Under the pieces are notes generated by a model. That model had not been told where the DNA came from, searched no databases, and worked only from the letters and a program-made list of their open reading frames with translations. From positions 820,524 to 884,523 of the forward strand of contig MU053873.1 in assembly GCA_013239625.1 (NCBI GenBank): 64,000 bases of DNA, read 5' to 3'. Below are positions 33,601-48,600 of the stretch, one piece after another. Each line of letters begins with the position of its first letter. Positions within the stretch are counted from its first letter, which is position 1. The DNA is from Lama guanicoe. Its lineage: Eukaryota. Position numbers and translations under genes: made by a program.

Positions 33601-36600
33601 GAGAAGGCCAAGAGCCCGCCCTTGTCGACCCAGCGTCCCTACCATCAAACCACTCCACGGCAGCCTTGGCGGTGGGAGGGTCTTCATAGGACACCGTAGC
33701 ATCACCTTTGGGCTTTCCTGTTTCCTTGTCCAAGTAGATGTGGATCATGGGTTGTCCGGTCCTCTTGTTCATCTAGGCGTAAAATAACAGAGTTAAGCTG
33801 TGACAAGAATATACTAGTTTTCAGGAAAAAATCCATGTGGAATTCAGCAAAGTCCTTGATACTGTCAAAAGCAGCAATTTTCCAGACACACAGAAGGATG
33901 TTAATTTATCTGAGTAGTGGAATTATGGGTGACTTATTTCCTAAATTGCTATGACAAATACGCACTTACATGACTTTTTCCTCTTAAGATGTGTTTTATC
34001 ATAAAGACCCAAACAGGCCCAAAGTCCCCAACTGTGTGAACAGTACAGGTCCCATTCCTTCCCCAGCCATCTTTTCCTGTCCTTACACCTGTCCCAACAC
34101 CCCGTGTGACACACTAACAGGCACCCAGTGAGCAGCCACCTCTCAGGACGCAGAAAGGCTTTGATGCCATCACATTAGACATGTCTCACAAAGTAAAAAC
34201 TACCCTTAAACCGTTAAGTACAACATACAGAATGTAGTGTGCTAGAAGGATTCTCGATTATTTCAAGTTCAGCACAGCCAGTATTTCTTCCAGAGATAGA
34301 ACGGATGACTAGTTTTTCAGCTCAACACCAGATCCAAGTGCCTTGAATTCAGTAGCCACATTTGTTTATGTATCTAGTGATACTTAACAGTATCTAATTC
34401 ATAGGGCTAAAAAAAGGTAACAGTTACTTATATACACAGGCCCATCCTAACACCTTGGTTTTCATAAAGGATACATGAACTGAAAGGAAATGCGGCAAAA
34501 CAGTGATGTGGATGATAGGATATGTATTTTTTAAATCTTTCATTTTACCAAATTTTGATAGTAAACATTACTTTAACTAGGAAAAAATCCCACATACTGA
34601 ATAAATAGCATAATATAAATCACAAGTAGAGAGAAAAATGTCCTTATATGATTTAAGTATTACCGAAATCAACTATTTCTATATACTGGATCAGAAAATG
34701 CTATTCAAAACAGATCACTAACTGAAAAGTAAATCTAAAAATAAAACTAATAAAGATCTGCAGAACTTTTAAGGAGATGGTCTTTGCCAAAGATCTAATA
34801 AATGGAGAAATATGATGTTAATGGTGGGGGAGGGAAGACTACTTAGTATTATACAGATGTCAATTTCTTATAGATTCAGTAAACATCCATTTGGGTTTTT
34901 TTTTTAAGGAACTTCATAAACTGGTTCTAAAACATATATATAGAAGAGCAAGGAGTAAACAGTAAAACATTCCTGAATAAAACAGAAGATTCTGCCTTAC
35001 TAGGTATCACGATTTAGCATAGACTAATTGGCAGTGCTATTAGCACAGGATCACACAAATTAACCAAAGGTATACCAGACAGCCAAGAAATAGATCCAGG
35101 TATGGATAGCACTTTCTATGTGATAGCATCACATACCACTGGAGAAAAGGTGATCTTTTAAAAGATGTTGCCAGACTAAAACGGTCTCGCAAATAGATAA
35201 AAAGACACAAACTAGTAAGGAAATGACTGATGAGTTCAACTACATTAAAATTAAGAACTCCTATTATTCAAAAGAAAATGAATAAAAAAGCCTCAAACTG
35301 GGAGACTTGCATTTGCAACAACAAGGATCAGCATTCAGACAGTACAGAGAATTACACTTAAATCAACAAATGACAAACCTCCCAACGAAAAGCGAGTATA
35401 AGACACAAACAGGCATTTCAAAGACAGCATGCCATCAGAGTATCATTATTAACAAGCAGGGAAAAGCAAATTAAAACACACTTCCACATTCTTCTACCAG
35501 ACTTGTGAAAGTTTAAAAAAAAAGTCAGGGGATGCCCAGGAGTGGTGAGGCTGTGGTGGGAGTACTGTCCAAGTACTGGCAGGACCAGCTGTTCTGCAAG
35601 GTTAAAAGCGTACACACCTTAAGAACGAGCAGTTCTACACCTGGGTACAATCAGGTCTCATTATTCATGGATTCAGTCATCTGCAAATTTGCCTACTGGT
35701 CAAAATTTATTTCTAACTCCAAAAACAACACTTGTGGCACTTTTAGTGGTTATCTGCGGACATGCACCGAGCATGAAAAACTGAAACTGCCTGACGCACA
35801 TGTTCCCAGCTGAGGAGGAACAAGGTGATGCTCTCCCCTTTCATTCTAGCTCTCTCCAGAAATGACCAGAGGATGCGACTAGGGGGACGGGGCAGTGTTC
35901 TTGACAGGTCCTGGCTCTGGGACTAGTTGGATGAATCTGAATACCAACTTAGGCAAGTCACACTTCTGACCCTTATGTTGTCTTTGTAAGATAAAGTGAA
36001 CAAGATCTGTCAGGATGAGCTGTTTCTACAGTTGATGATTATGGTCTACATGAGACGTATGTCTGTGCACATACTTCCCCTAGGAGCAGTGGTTCAGCAG
36101 TCACTAATTCAATGTTTGTAGTGACTTTACAGAACTTAACTGCCAAGACGAACAAGAATCAACCGTATACACACTAGAGAAGCTAGTGCACCAAGGACAT
36201 GTACAAGAATGTTCACTAGAGCATGGCTTCTATACTTAAAAGCTAGAAACAGTCCAACTGTGTACTAAGAAAATGTATGAGTAACTTGTGATATACTTCT
36301 AAATGAAACACAGGATGCCCAAACTTCTTCCTCCTTAACAGTTACTATCACTGAACACACACAACAATATTCCTTTTTACAGTATGCTCCCCGCTATATA
36401 TAAACTCCAAGGATCTGTTTGTTCCCAGTGTAATTCCAGAATAATGTTGCCTTACAGTATTTAATAAATGTTCTCCAAAATGATGTAAAACAAAGTATTA
36501 CTGAGGGTACAGCTATAAAGTGAAGAAAGGGAATGATAAAATTCAAGATGGGAGTGGGGAGAAAGGATAAAACTAGGAAGGGGAGAAATATACCACATAC

Positions 36601-39600
36601 TTCAAAGGTACTCATAAAGTTGTACCTCCTATTCTGGGATACAGAAACACAAGTGTTCATTATTTTAAAAACTATGTTATATTCTATATTTTACAAAAAA
36701 GTAGTATTCATGTAAGTGTTCTTACAAATTAACTGATAATTATAAAAATGACCCCAAGTTATCAAGTATGCTTAAACCATATCTAGCATTTCTTTTCCTA
36801 TTAAAAAATGGCTTTGGGGGGGGGCGTGTATTTTAATAAGCAAACCATATATGGACAGTCTAGGAGGAAAAGTCAAGCAACTTCAGAAACTCTCAAGTCT
36901 CTTTAAAATGCTCTGTGGCTGGAAGATCTGCCAGATGACATGGTTATGCTTTTACTTACCTTCACAACTCCACACTGCTTAAAGAAGTCTGCCAAGTCAT
37001 CTAGAGTCACACTGTCATTTAATCCTTGCACATAAATTGCACTGTTGTCACAGTCTTCATCTGGATCTACAGGTGGGCCTTTCAGAAAAGAGTACACAGG
37101 AGTTATTGCCATGTACCTATGGGGGCTTATTAACCAACTGGTCACTGCTGCCCACTGGTATTCACCACAAAGCTAAGAGAACTACCAACCATACTAAAAA
37201 GAATGCCATGGAACTTTTGGTTTACTTTGTTTTTGTTTAAGACTAATATGAGTAGTCACTCATGATAAAACAAGCCCCAGACTGCCCCTGACAGCAAAAA
37301 CATCACATCAATCTACCAGGCTGCTGAATTCCAATATGCACTTACTTCTGTGCTATTTGTTTATAAAGCACAATATAAAATTCAGGAATTCAAAATTACC
37401 TAAATCAAGATCTGGTCCTTCGTCCATGGGTCCTGCCAACCAGGAAAAGATCATATAAAATATTATTAGTGCACGTCTTGCAAGCTACAAACCTTACAAA
37501 CACACATAACTATCTACTACACCACCATTTGATGGGGCTTCTTAAATTCAAAATGACTCGCACTGCTAAAATGGAGCAGTGCCCCTTTAACATTTGTGAA
37601 AGATTTGCTAGGGTTTGCTTTTTCTTTGCTGGTTTGCTTTTAAACCATTAACCAAATACACTCTCAATGCTTATGTGCCAAATTAGTGTTAAATTTAAGT
37701 CAACTTTTTTCCTCCAAATAAACCAAATTTAAAAATGTATTCTCCCCCATATTACAAAAGCAGTTGCTCAATACTTCAAGTTACCCTTTGTTTTGTAACC
37801 ATAGGTTAACCTTATTACCCCTAAGACAATGCCGGCAGTACCCATTAGTCTCTTTTGTATAGATCATTTTTAAACCGCTTATGAAACTAATAAAAAATCA
37901 TAGTTTTCTAAAAACTGACTGTATTTTTTTTTTAAACACTATCCATGGTAATACTCAAAAACTTACCACCAGGCTTATTGAAGCCACCTCGCTCTCCAGC
38001 GCTGCTGGGGGGATAAACGAAGAAATGAAGGCCTTTCCCTTTAAAAGCCAGTACCGCTCTGAGCCTTGGGGGGGCTCGTGGGGAAGAAGGGCACTGGCTA
38101 AACACATCTCCAAACAATGCATCTCTCTCATCTTGTCACTATGCCTTTCTTCAGGGCAGCTTGCTCAAATTTCCTTTATATACAACCTTGTTTGTCTGAT
38201 TGTACACACCAGTGTGGTTGCTTCCTTTCATTTCGGGGGCTGGTATTAATAGTGCAATACTTGGCAAACTGGGGAAAAAATACATCCTGAACACCCGCCC
38301 CATCAGCTAAAACACAGGGAGAGTTGGTGTGGAGGAACAGCAAGCTGGGGCAACTGCTGTGATGAACCTTTCATGTTCATAAAGGTGCACCCTCAACCTC
38401 TCCCATGGGAGAGCCAAGTGAGGCCCTGGGCTTCCTAACAAGTAACAGTATAATAAAGCAGGAGACACCACAGTAAAGGCCTACAGCACACACCAGAGGA
38501 CGCATCCAGCCGATCTTCAGCATAAAGCCATACATTTCAGGGCACTAATGAGTTTAACAATCGCTGTGAAAGGAGAATTTACAACAAATACCAAGGCTCC
38601 ACGGACTGGGGGTGCAACTTTATAGACGTTATAAGTTGAGAACAATGAGGTGGCAGTATAAAATCACTGCCTTATGTATTTTAATGGGGGGAGAAACAGC
38701 AATTGGGACTTTTTTGGGTTTTTTCCTTTAAAATTAAGTAAAGGCAGCTCCTCAGTGGGAGGCCTTGAGCTTTTTCTAACCAGTATTGCACCTTTAATAC
38801 CTGAATATACAATTTCAAGCTGTTGCATGCAGCTTTGTTTCCTTTTTAAAAGTACACACCATAAAATGTTCTCTCTCTTTAAACACAAAAGTTTACACTT
38901 TAATGTTACACAATTCTAGAGTATTATACCTCCTCTGGTTCATTACCAAACAACAAGTATGCAGTTACCAAAGTTACAGAAGGATTCCATTTATACAATG
39001 AATACATTTTGTTAAAAATATTCTATGTATATTTTTCCTCTCCATATGGACACCGTGTCTAGTCCCACTTTTCATTATGCTGCCGGCTGAGTACTGAGTA
39101 CGGGTACTTTTTAAGTATTGAAGTGTATACAAGGCTCTCACTTTGTAACCTGTAGCATATAAATGCGACAAAGCATGTTAAAAAGTTTCCACGTTTAACA
39201 GCCAATGAAAATATCAAAATACTGAGGCAATGAAAAAGGGCATGTTAACAACATTGAGTGCCTTACCTGCAGAAGACACTGAAAACCATCACCACACCAC
39301 AATAAAAAAGAGGGGAGAGGGGAAGGCCCTTGTCCTGTCCCCAAAGGATCCAACCGACTGTTTCACAGTCTGTTGAAAAACCTATGGGGAAAGCCATGAT
39401 TTTTTCCTATGGCTTCAGGAGAAACTTCTCATCCAGAAAGAGGGAACCCCTCTGCTAGCAAAGACTAGCAAAATTAGTAGAATTATTACTTCTGGAGAAT
39501 TAAAATAAATAAACTTGAAATTGGTTTTGCAATAGAAAAATACTAAGAATTCTAGGTGATTGGAGACGTGATGATAGTAATTTCAAGTGTCTACATCTAT

Positions 39601-42600
39601 TTAAAACACCCACAAAGTGAAACCTTTATAATGGAATGACATTCTCCAAATCAGAAGATTAATTTTACTTTATACCAAATTATTCATAAATTTTTACACA
39701 TTGTAAAATAACTTTCTTCCAATAAAGATTTCACCGAAGACTTTTTAAGTTATGCAGAATATGAAAACAATACTTTAAACCAGTATTCAATAGTAAACAG
39801 ATTTGCTAATATAAAAATTAAAGATCAACTTTTTAATTTAATTTTGAAGTACATTTCTAAAAAAAAGAAATTCTATTCAGTTTTCCCTTGAACCAACAGT
39901 GGCACCAAGTCCAATTTATATTTGTATTAACATTCTGCATAACTTTATTAGATTATACAGGGACAGAACACACACAGAACTGAGCCTCCTGGATTATGTT
40001 AACCAATATTATACCTCACCTTCATCAAAGTATAGCCACTGGGGAGGGAAGAGGGTGGGAGGAGGGAGGGGAAGGGCAGGCACAGGTAGCAGGGTTTTGT
40101 TACTGATCTAAACAGTTTTCTAAACCAGATTGTGCCATCAATCAAAATGGTCAAACCGATTTAGACTTCTCAAAATCTCCAATGGGGAGAGGGATCCTAT
40201 AATTATATACATTACTGTGTAAAAAGCTATTGGATTTTTCTGTGTACCAGGTGCACCTCAGGTCATAGTTAAAGGGTTATGGGACCAAGATCTTCATCAT
40301 TATGTTCAACAGTTCCAAGTACAAACAGAAGTTGGGGACAAACATTGTGGAAAACAGCTGCATTCCTTTTCTGCAGTATATATACCAGGTATTTCAAGAC
40401 AATCATTCAGAGGCAATTAGTTAAAAACCTAGGTTTGTTAGAAGGGTTGTGTGTGTTCCATCCCAAGTCTATTACCCACAGAGGCTTCTGACCTCTGGAA
40501 ACCATGAAGGGAACTGAAAGCTCTAGTTTCAAAACCATTCTTTGTTCTCCCCAACCCAACCAAGTAGATTGGCAGGGAAAAAACCAAACTGCCACTACAT
40601 ATATATATATATATATATATGCCACCCAGATGACATTTCCATGTTTTGGAAGATGGCTTGGGCTCATCAGATTATCCATGGAAATGCAGAAATAAATTTC
40701 TTATATCTTTCAGTCCCTTCTTTCCATTGAAAATCCTATGGATGAAACAAAATTAGATAAAAGGAGAAAAGGTTTGCTCTTACCCCATTCCACCGCGTCC
40801 TCCTCCCCGCCCACCTCTGCTCATGCCTCCACGATCAAATCCCCCTCTTCCCCTGCCCCGGTTATCAGGGCCACTCATGCTCCGGTTCTCTCCTGGTCCG
40901 GAAAATCCTCCAGACTCCTGCCCATAAACACCCATGCTACTGGGGTGGTCCTGTCGGAATGAACCTGAGGAAAGAGTCACATCTGTAAGCCATGGATCAG
41001 CATTTACACCACTGCCTGTTGTACTTCCTCCTGGAATCACAGAACTCTCAACTGCAAGGCACTAATCAAGGCACCATCTTCTTTACACCTGATTAAGCAC
41101 CCCTAATCAGTAGGCTTCTTAAAGTTCAACAAGAACTGTTGGTTCATCGAGGCCGAAGTAACCTCATATAGTCAGAATAAATCACTCCCAAACAAAAAAA
41201 GGGACTCTGGCCAATAATTTACAGGGTTCTGTATCCTAAGATGTTTCCAAAAGCTGCTTCTTTAAACCACACTCAAGAAACAAAAAGAGCTGAGGTTTCT
41301 TGGGTGTTGCTAGGAGGTGGTCTCCATCAAGTAGCACTATTCGTCTCACTGTCGTAACGAGACATACCAATGGTTGGAATTTAATTAAAAGACAACAACA
41401 ATTCAGGGAGGGATTATATTGTGAAGTCAGCTTTGAGTTTTTGGTTACTGCTCCACATAAGTAACACTAAATATTCTATGAGGTTTTCTTTTTTTGGCTT
41501 TATGAATGTAAACAAAAACCAAAAAAAAATCAACCAAAAAAACCCCCCCAAAACAACCCCAAAACCCCACAGCATTTACATGACTATCAAAATTGCAGTA
41601 TTCTTCAGTAACTACTTGCTCTCTCTCTCTCTCAATGAGTTGGGGTGGGCAGGCCGCAAGGAATGCTGGCTTCACCTACTGCACGTGACCTCCCCAAAGA
41701 GAGCAGGGCTGGCAGTCTAAAACATTTCTCTGGTTATTTACAAACTCTTTTCTTGTAAGGCATACTAATAATGACTAAGTTGGAGAAAAGCCAGGATATT
41801 AGACCCTCAGATGCATCCTGGAGTTCAAAAGTATGCAACAGTAAAGAGCATTTCCCCATTTCAAAAACTCCAAACATCATCATTCTTATTTGGTTTTCTC
41901 TCTTAGCAACTCACTCTGCTGCCCGTAGCTGCTGCTCTGTTGGCTATATTGACTTGGTGCCTGGCTGTAGGATCCAGTCTGGGGGGGGTAACTAGTGGGC
42001 GGCTGCTGCCCATAGCTGCTTTGTTGACCATAGCTACTCTGCTGTCCATAGCTGCTCGGCTGCCCATAGGTGTTCTGCTGGGAGTAACTGCTCTGATCAT
42101 AACTAGTCGGCTGTGTAGAGGAATAGCTGAAAGAAAAAAAAAAAGAGCTTATTAGGAAGGAGTGGCTTATTTCTTCAAGTCCTGTAATATGAGACGTTCA
42201 TAGCATGTGACATAGAAACCCTTCAAAATGTAATTACTTTCTACCTATCAACGTATCATTGAATGTAAAATTAAGCAAATATCTTTGTTTTGAGAATAAA
42301 GCTCTGAATGAGAGGGAAGGGATATTATAAGGTTGTCTTCAATAATTCCCTTGAGTGATGACCATTTTTCTGGAAATACAAGGCCACTCAGCATGTGTCT
42401 GTGTGATCATTTGCCTCTTAAGGATAGAAGTCTAGGTTTCAAATTTCTTTGGTGTATACATAGTTTCAAACTTTCAGACATGGCTCATCAGCCATTAAGT
42501 CTGAGCATTAATAGAGAAAAGACAGACAAGGGAAGTCAGAATCAAGGTACTGTATGAAAGATTTGTATTAGATTGATACTCATCTTTACATATGTCATCC

Positions 42601-45600
42601 ACACAGCAGGGAAACTAACCAAAGGTACATTCTTATACAGATATAAAGCTTCAAAGAACTGGTACTAAACTCTGGATAAACCATGATAATGAAAAACAAA
42701 AAGACAATACAGTTTACAATTTTAAGTACAATTAAACTAAGCCTCTATCACTACCTCCTTCACCAGAGCTGTAAGGATCCAAAAGCCTCTCTCCATACCA
42801 AGGGTACCTATTCAATGCGCCAGGTTAGTGCTCTCGGCATAGCAGTGTGGGCGGGCCCTGTGGGAGGGCTGTACAAGCCCTGCCACTGCTGCTCCGAGGT
42901 GAACAGAGACACTTACCCAGCCAGCTGGATTTGCTCCTAAACCTGCTCATGTCTGCTGCACTTTAATGTATAAACCAATGAAATGAGTACAAAAGGGAAC
43001 TGCTAATTCTACCAAAACTAAGCAAACACTTTAGGACACAATTCAGAAAATTCATTTGAAAACTTGCATCAAATTAAATGTGATACAACTTGCAGTCCTT
43101 CCTCTACTTACTGGACAGCTGCTGGTGTGGTTAAAGAAGACAAAATGCAGAACAAGGAAACCCTTAGTCAAAAGGACAGAAAGGCCTGGGCCTAACCATT
43201 AAGAGACTGGTACATGAATGGACCTCTAAATTAAGTTGAATATAAAGTGATTAAGGTGAAGTTTCTTTCTTTCTCTTTTTAAGCAATACCCTGCACTTTA
43301 CCATCTCAACTGCATTGAAGGAGGTGGCTTCTATGGTTCTGTTAACCTGCTTTCATGCACTTCCGTTTCTCACATGAATAAACTGAAAGAACAAAGTTAA
43401 AAGAAAGAACCTAGAGTGGTAAAAATGTTTTTGTATTTAGAGAAGAGTTTCTGGCTGTCAGGCAATGCTACTGGAACCTAGGACTGAGGTTTTAATGTAC
43501 AGTATGTGGTCAGGCTTGTCACTGGAAGAGTCAGATAACATTATCTCACCTGAGGAAGCAGAAGCAAGCTGGTCAACAGCCTGAAAAAAAAATCTGTTTT
43601 GTTATTCTATTAGCTCACTGGAGGCCCTGAGCAGAAGAATGAGGAGACTGACCTGGTAGGAGGATAGGATGGCGGTGCACTGACTGGCTGCATGGGGTAG
43701 CTCCCAGGCACCTGGGGGTAGCTGTAGTTACTCTGTCCATATCCCAGGCTGGGCTGGTTGTAACCCCCTGTGCTAGATTGAGGTTGATTAGTCTCAGCGG
43801 GTTTGTTACCATCCTGCGGTCTAAAAGGAGAAATAAAAAAGTGAGACTTCTTTCTTCTCAACTACAAAACTCTTGGGTAAGAACTCTACAATCTAAGAGC
43901 AATAGGCAATGTTAGGATTGAGTTTGGACAGAAATGCAATTGTAAAGTGAACTACATCAAACCCAGTGTTGGTCTGTCTGCTGGAAGAGAACACTAAAGA
44001 CAGGGGAGAATCAATCACATTCACAGAAGAGACTGACACGTTCCATTCATTCCATATCAACACCTATAAAAGGCAGTTACAGTATTTTGTGCTGCCAATT
44101 TAAGAGACCTGAGAGGAGAGGTGGTTTGTGTGGGAAGAAAATGCTTTTTCTCAAAAAAGACTTAAAGACAAATAAGAAACTTTAATAATACAAATTTTAG
44201 ATTAGAGTAACATTTGCAAAAGTCCACGGCATTTTTAAGTTTGGACAAGCTGTGGGTTTATGTTTGTCATCTATGAAGAACAGAACTGAAAAAACATTTC
44301 CTAGCACAAACTGCCACAAATTAATCATGTCCCGAAGTCTCCATATGGAAACACCAGAGTAAGGCAGGGGCACACATGGGGACGGGGAGACAAACACACA
44401 CGAACTGGGAAATATCCTTGCTAAGTGACAAAAACCAATCTTAATCCCAAGGGAAAAAAACAAAGAGGTCTCTACTACCCCTCAGCCCTAACAGTTTATA
44501 ACAGCGCTGTAAAAAGTGAGCTTGAGCTATTTCAAGCCAAGCCCAAGAATCAGCAGGCAGACCAGAGAGGAAGTGGAAGTACTGGTTTCTCTGAGAGCTG
44601 AAATGGGTCACAAGCCCCCTCTTTCCAGTGGAAAACGGAGTAGCTGTCACTGATCACGAGATAAACTGCTGTTATAAAGTGTTAAGAACTGAAAAATTAA
44701 GAAAAAGAACCAAAAAGGATGATTTATTCAATTCAAAGACAAGTAAATACATAACCCCCACCCCTATGGCTTGGATATACTGTTGCAATAGGACTTCAAA
44801 CATTTGAGAACACTCTAGGTCAACTGAAATGGGGCCCTACAGGAATCAGTTAGTTTAACACTAACCACTGCACAGGCTGTCTAGAAGATGTAAACTATCG
44901 AGTAGCTCTGATTACTCACTGTGCATTTTAGAAGTAATCTCAGTGTTTGCCAGAGCTAATTTCTTACCTCTACAGCAGACAAAAAGTCTAGGTTACAAGT
45001 TGATCTCTTGTTTACTCCCTAAAAAGTCTTCTTTCAAACAGATTTCAATGTTCCTTCAAGACTGTATGCAGAAGCCACCTAAGTGCATTGCCTAAAGCAA
45101 AGACCTGAAATCTTCTGTTAAGTAGTAATTAATACTGTTTACCTGCTGATCAGTCATGGAGTATGAACTTAGTTTGCCCAAATATTCACCCCACAGCAGG
45201 GCCCCCAGTTAAGAATTTATACTTGCCTGTGGTATCAGATTACCAAGCCAATACATAATACAGAGATAATCATGTCAACTCCTTAAGCTGAGACACCAAT
45301 GTTTGACTTCCGGATATGGATATATCCCTTCCTGACAACTGGATCGTGCAACTATTTCTTGAAAACACGTGATGCTATGCACCTCCCACCCCCAACTGTG
45401 AACTACAGTGCTTTTCCCAGAGAAAGCTATTACCCATTTACAGGGTCAATAAAACCAAGGGAAAAGCATCACAGTACAATTATAACAGTTGTGAGGAAAC
45501 CACTCAATTTTCTTCCAGCTTTAGCAAAGTAAATACAATAGCCTCCTCTTACCGAAGAAAAGGCCACTCTTCTGAAACAAGACAACCCGCTCAGTGACAT

Positions 45601-48600
45601 TCCTCATTTTGGCCCCTGGATGGCACCATTTCTCTACTAAATGAAGAAGAATGTGTGGTGTGACTGTTAAGGACGGAAGAACAGTTGAGACCTAAGTATG
45701 TGAGTAAGCATTAAAAAAGAACCAAGTCACGAGTTCTCTAAGTGTACAGGGTCGCTCTCTTTCCTGAAAGCCTGATGCTGCTGCACCTCAGCATGAGGAG
45801 CAGGTGAGGGGGGCCTTACCTTGCAGGCGCGGTGGCTGCTGGCTGCTGCCCATAGGCTGGGTAAGCAGGCTGAGTGCCATACGCAGACTGAGCTGCATAG
45901 GAGGCCTGGGTGGTAGTGACCGTAGCAGTGGTGGTATCATAAGCACCAGTGCCGTACCCCTGGACAGGCTGACTGTACGCCTGCGGGGCAGTTGGAGTAG
46001 AATAACCTAGAACAAAGGAGAGCCATGTCAGATTTCTGGCTCCTCAGAGATCTGCCTACACGCTCATTAGCAGAACAATTTGTAAACCATGTACTTTCAA
46101 CCATCATGATACTTTTACCCCTTTAAATATTTCCCCTTCAGTAAAAGTAGCAACAAACCAATATTTAAAAGCCTAAGTTCTCTGAAAATACTTAGTTGTC
46201 AGCAAAGCACTGTCTTTCTCTCTCTTTTTAATTGAAGTATAGTCAGTTACAATACGTTAATTTCTGGTGTACAGCATGTTTCAGTCATACATATACACAC
46301 ATATATTGATTTTCATATTCTTTTTCATTACAGGTTACTATAAGATACTGAATACAGTTCCCTATAAAGCACTGTCTCTTTTGCTCTAAACCACACCTAA
46401 CAGGAGGAAAGAGAGTAGGCCATAGAAAAGTGCTGGTATAGAAAAAAGGGCTCCCTCTGCCTCCCTTGAAAGCATTCAATAGGAGACAAGTCTGCTTCTG
46501 CTAATTCTATATTGGTTTTGCTAACAGGCCTTCTTAAGTTTTTCAACTAAGTACTTAAGTACCCCAAAACTTCCCCAGGAGGAATCAAATGTCCCAGAAT
46601 GGGAGATAAAAGGCAGATGACACAGCATCTTAAAATAGCTATAAAATAAAGATCCAGGTACCAGTTTTAGCATTAAAACCTATCATATGGAATTATTTGC
46701 TTTCAGTCCCAAGCACCATGGGCAGTTTATGTTTAAGGAAACTGGAACTTGAAGAAAACATGTATTTAATTTTCAGTTAGAGATATTAATTGATTAAACA
46801 CTCTAAGAACTGCTAATTTTGTTTCAGGTAACAAACAACTAAGAAAATGCTTCTTATCAGCACTAGGATTTGAAATGGCACAAAAAGATATTATATATAC
46901 AAATTATACCTGCTTATGTATACATGACCAAGGTTATCCTATTTAACTTTTTTGATAAATTATTTTAAATTAAACTTAACACTCCCAAAATAAACCTTGA
47001 AAAGGTAAATGTTTTTCACATGATAAAACCATCTGAGATTCTAGGCTAGTCATCAAATTACCCACCCCCCATTTCTCTTATTTACCTACCACAAGCTAAT
47101 GGGTCTTTTTCCCTGCTCAACAATAAATAAAGGTGAATCCTGTAGTCCCCTTGCTATTTCTCTAACCAAGTGTTATAGATCTGCCCTCACAGTGTGCAGA
47201 AACCAAGCTAGGTTTCCTCTCTAGTTCCTGCCTCTGCCAAATCAGATGAAGTTCCCTTTCATCAGGAACTTGGGCTTGCAGTCCCAACTCCCTCAAACCT
47301 GCAGCTCCTAACTTGAGTCCCTTTGCTGTAAGAGGTGTTACAATCTTTCCTGATGTTTGGCTTTCCTCCCTCCTGGGCAATGAGCACAAGTAACCCATGC
47401 AATAAAAAATTATGTCTAGTTGTCAGCATTTATGTCCATCAAAGGAAAATCCAAATCATACTGAAGTAAAAAACTTTCAGTACTTAAAATAATCTTGAAT
47501 GACGATTGTTTATTTTAGTTAAGATTTAGGGTCTTAGTCTTAAACTTCAGTTAGAATAAGGTGTCTTTACTGTACACGTTACTAACCAAAAACAAGTATC
47601 AACTTCCCTCTGAACAATCTTTAAGTGTCACCTTTTGTAGCAGAGTATAATACTTTCTTCTCCATCCCAAATATTGTAGGGAAATTCTGAAATTAATTAT
47701 ATACAAAGACAGTAATCTCTCAGATCTGCTGGGTTGAAATGTATGTGAAAGCGTATTTCACAAAATGGGGAGCCACAAGCAAGGGAAATTTCTTAAGCTG
47801 GCATGCTGTTCATGTGAACTGTAAATTTAATTTAAAAGTTTGCAGAATCCTAATGTCAACCATATAAAGCACTCATTTATTTAAATTTAACTGGAATCTA
47901 TTTCCACCTACCCTTTTACTCCTACACAGATTTTTCCCCCTACGTGACAGGCCATCTATAAGATTTACAACAATTAAAAACCAACAAGAAACTGGTAAGG
48001 GCAATAATGCATGTCATAAAACTATCCAGCAACAGATCCTTATAATGCTGAAGATTACACTAACAGACACTAGGTTAATCAATAATCTTTTAATTAATCT
48101 GTAGTACCCACACTAACAGCCAAGCAATATGATTTAACAACAGTAAAAAAGACCAAAAGCAGAAATATAACACATCTATTATGCATTGACTACTTTAAGG
48201 AAAAATGAGTAAGAAATATCACACCAACCAAAATTTTTGTTCAACTTGAGCAGTAAAAACTAAAGTTTAGGATTCATATTTCAATTAATGAGTTGAGATT
48301 TCTATAGCCCCCTTCTCATGATCCTTAATTTAAAAACATTCTAGAAAAGTCTTTTTCATATATGTCTTCTAATAATTACCCAATGACTTTTATGTATCAA
48401 TGCAATGTGAGGTAAGGAAAAAAGTAATAAGTGTACTTGAACCTACTTACTACTGTTAGGGTCCTGAACTTGGTTTGGTTCAGCCTTAGTTAGCTCACCA
48501 GGTTTAATTTTAGTTCCTAGACTCCAAAAGTATATGGGAGAATTAGGGGAGGTATAAAAGGTCTTCCATAACTATAAAGTCTACACTAACATTCCTTATG

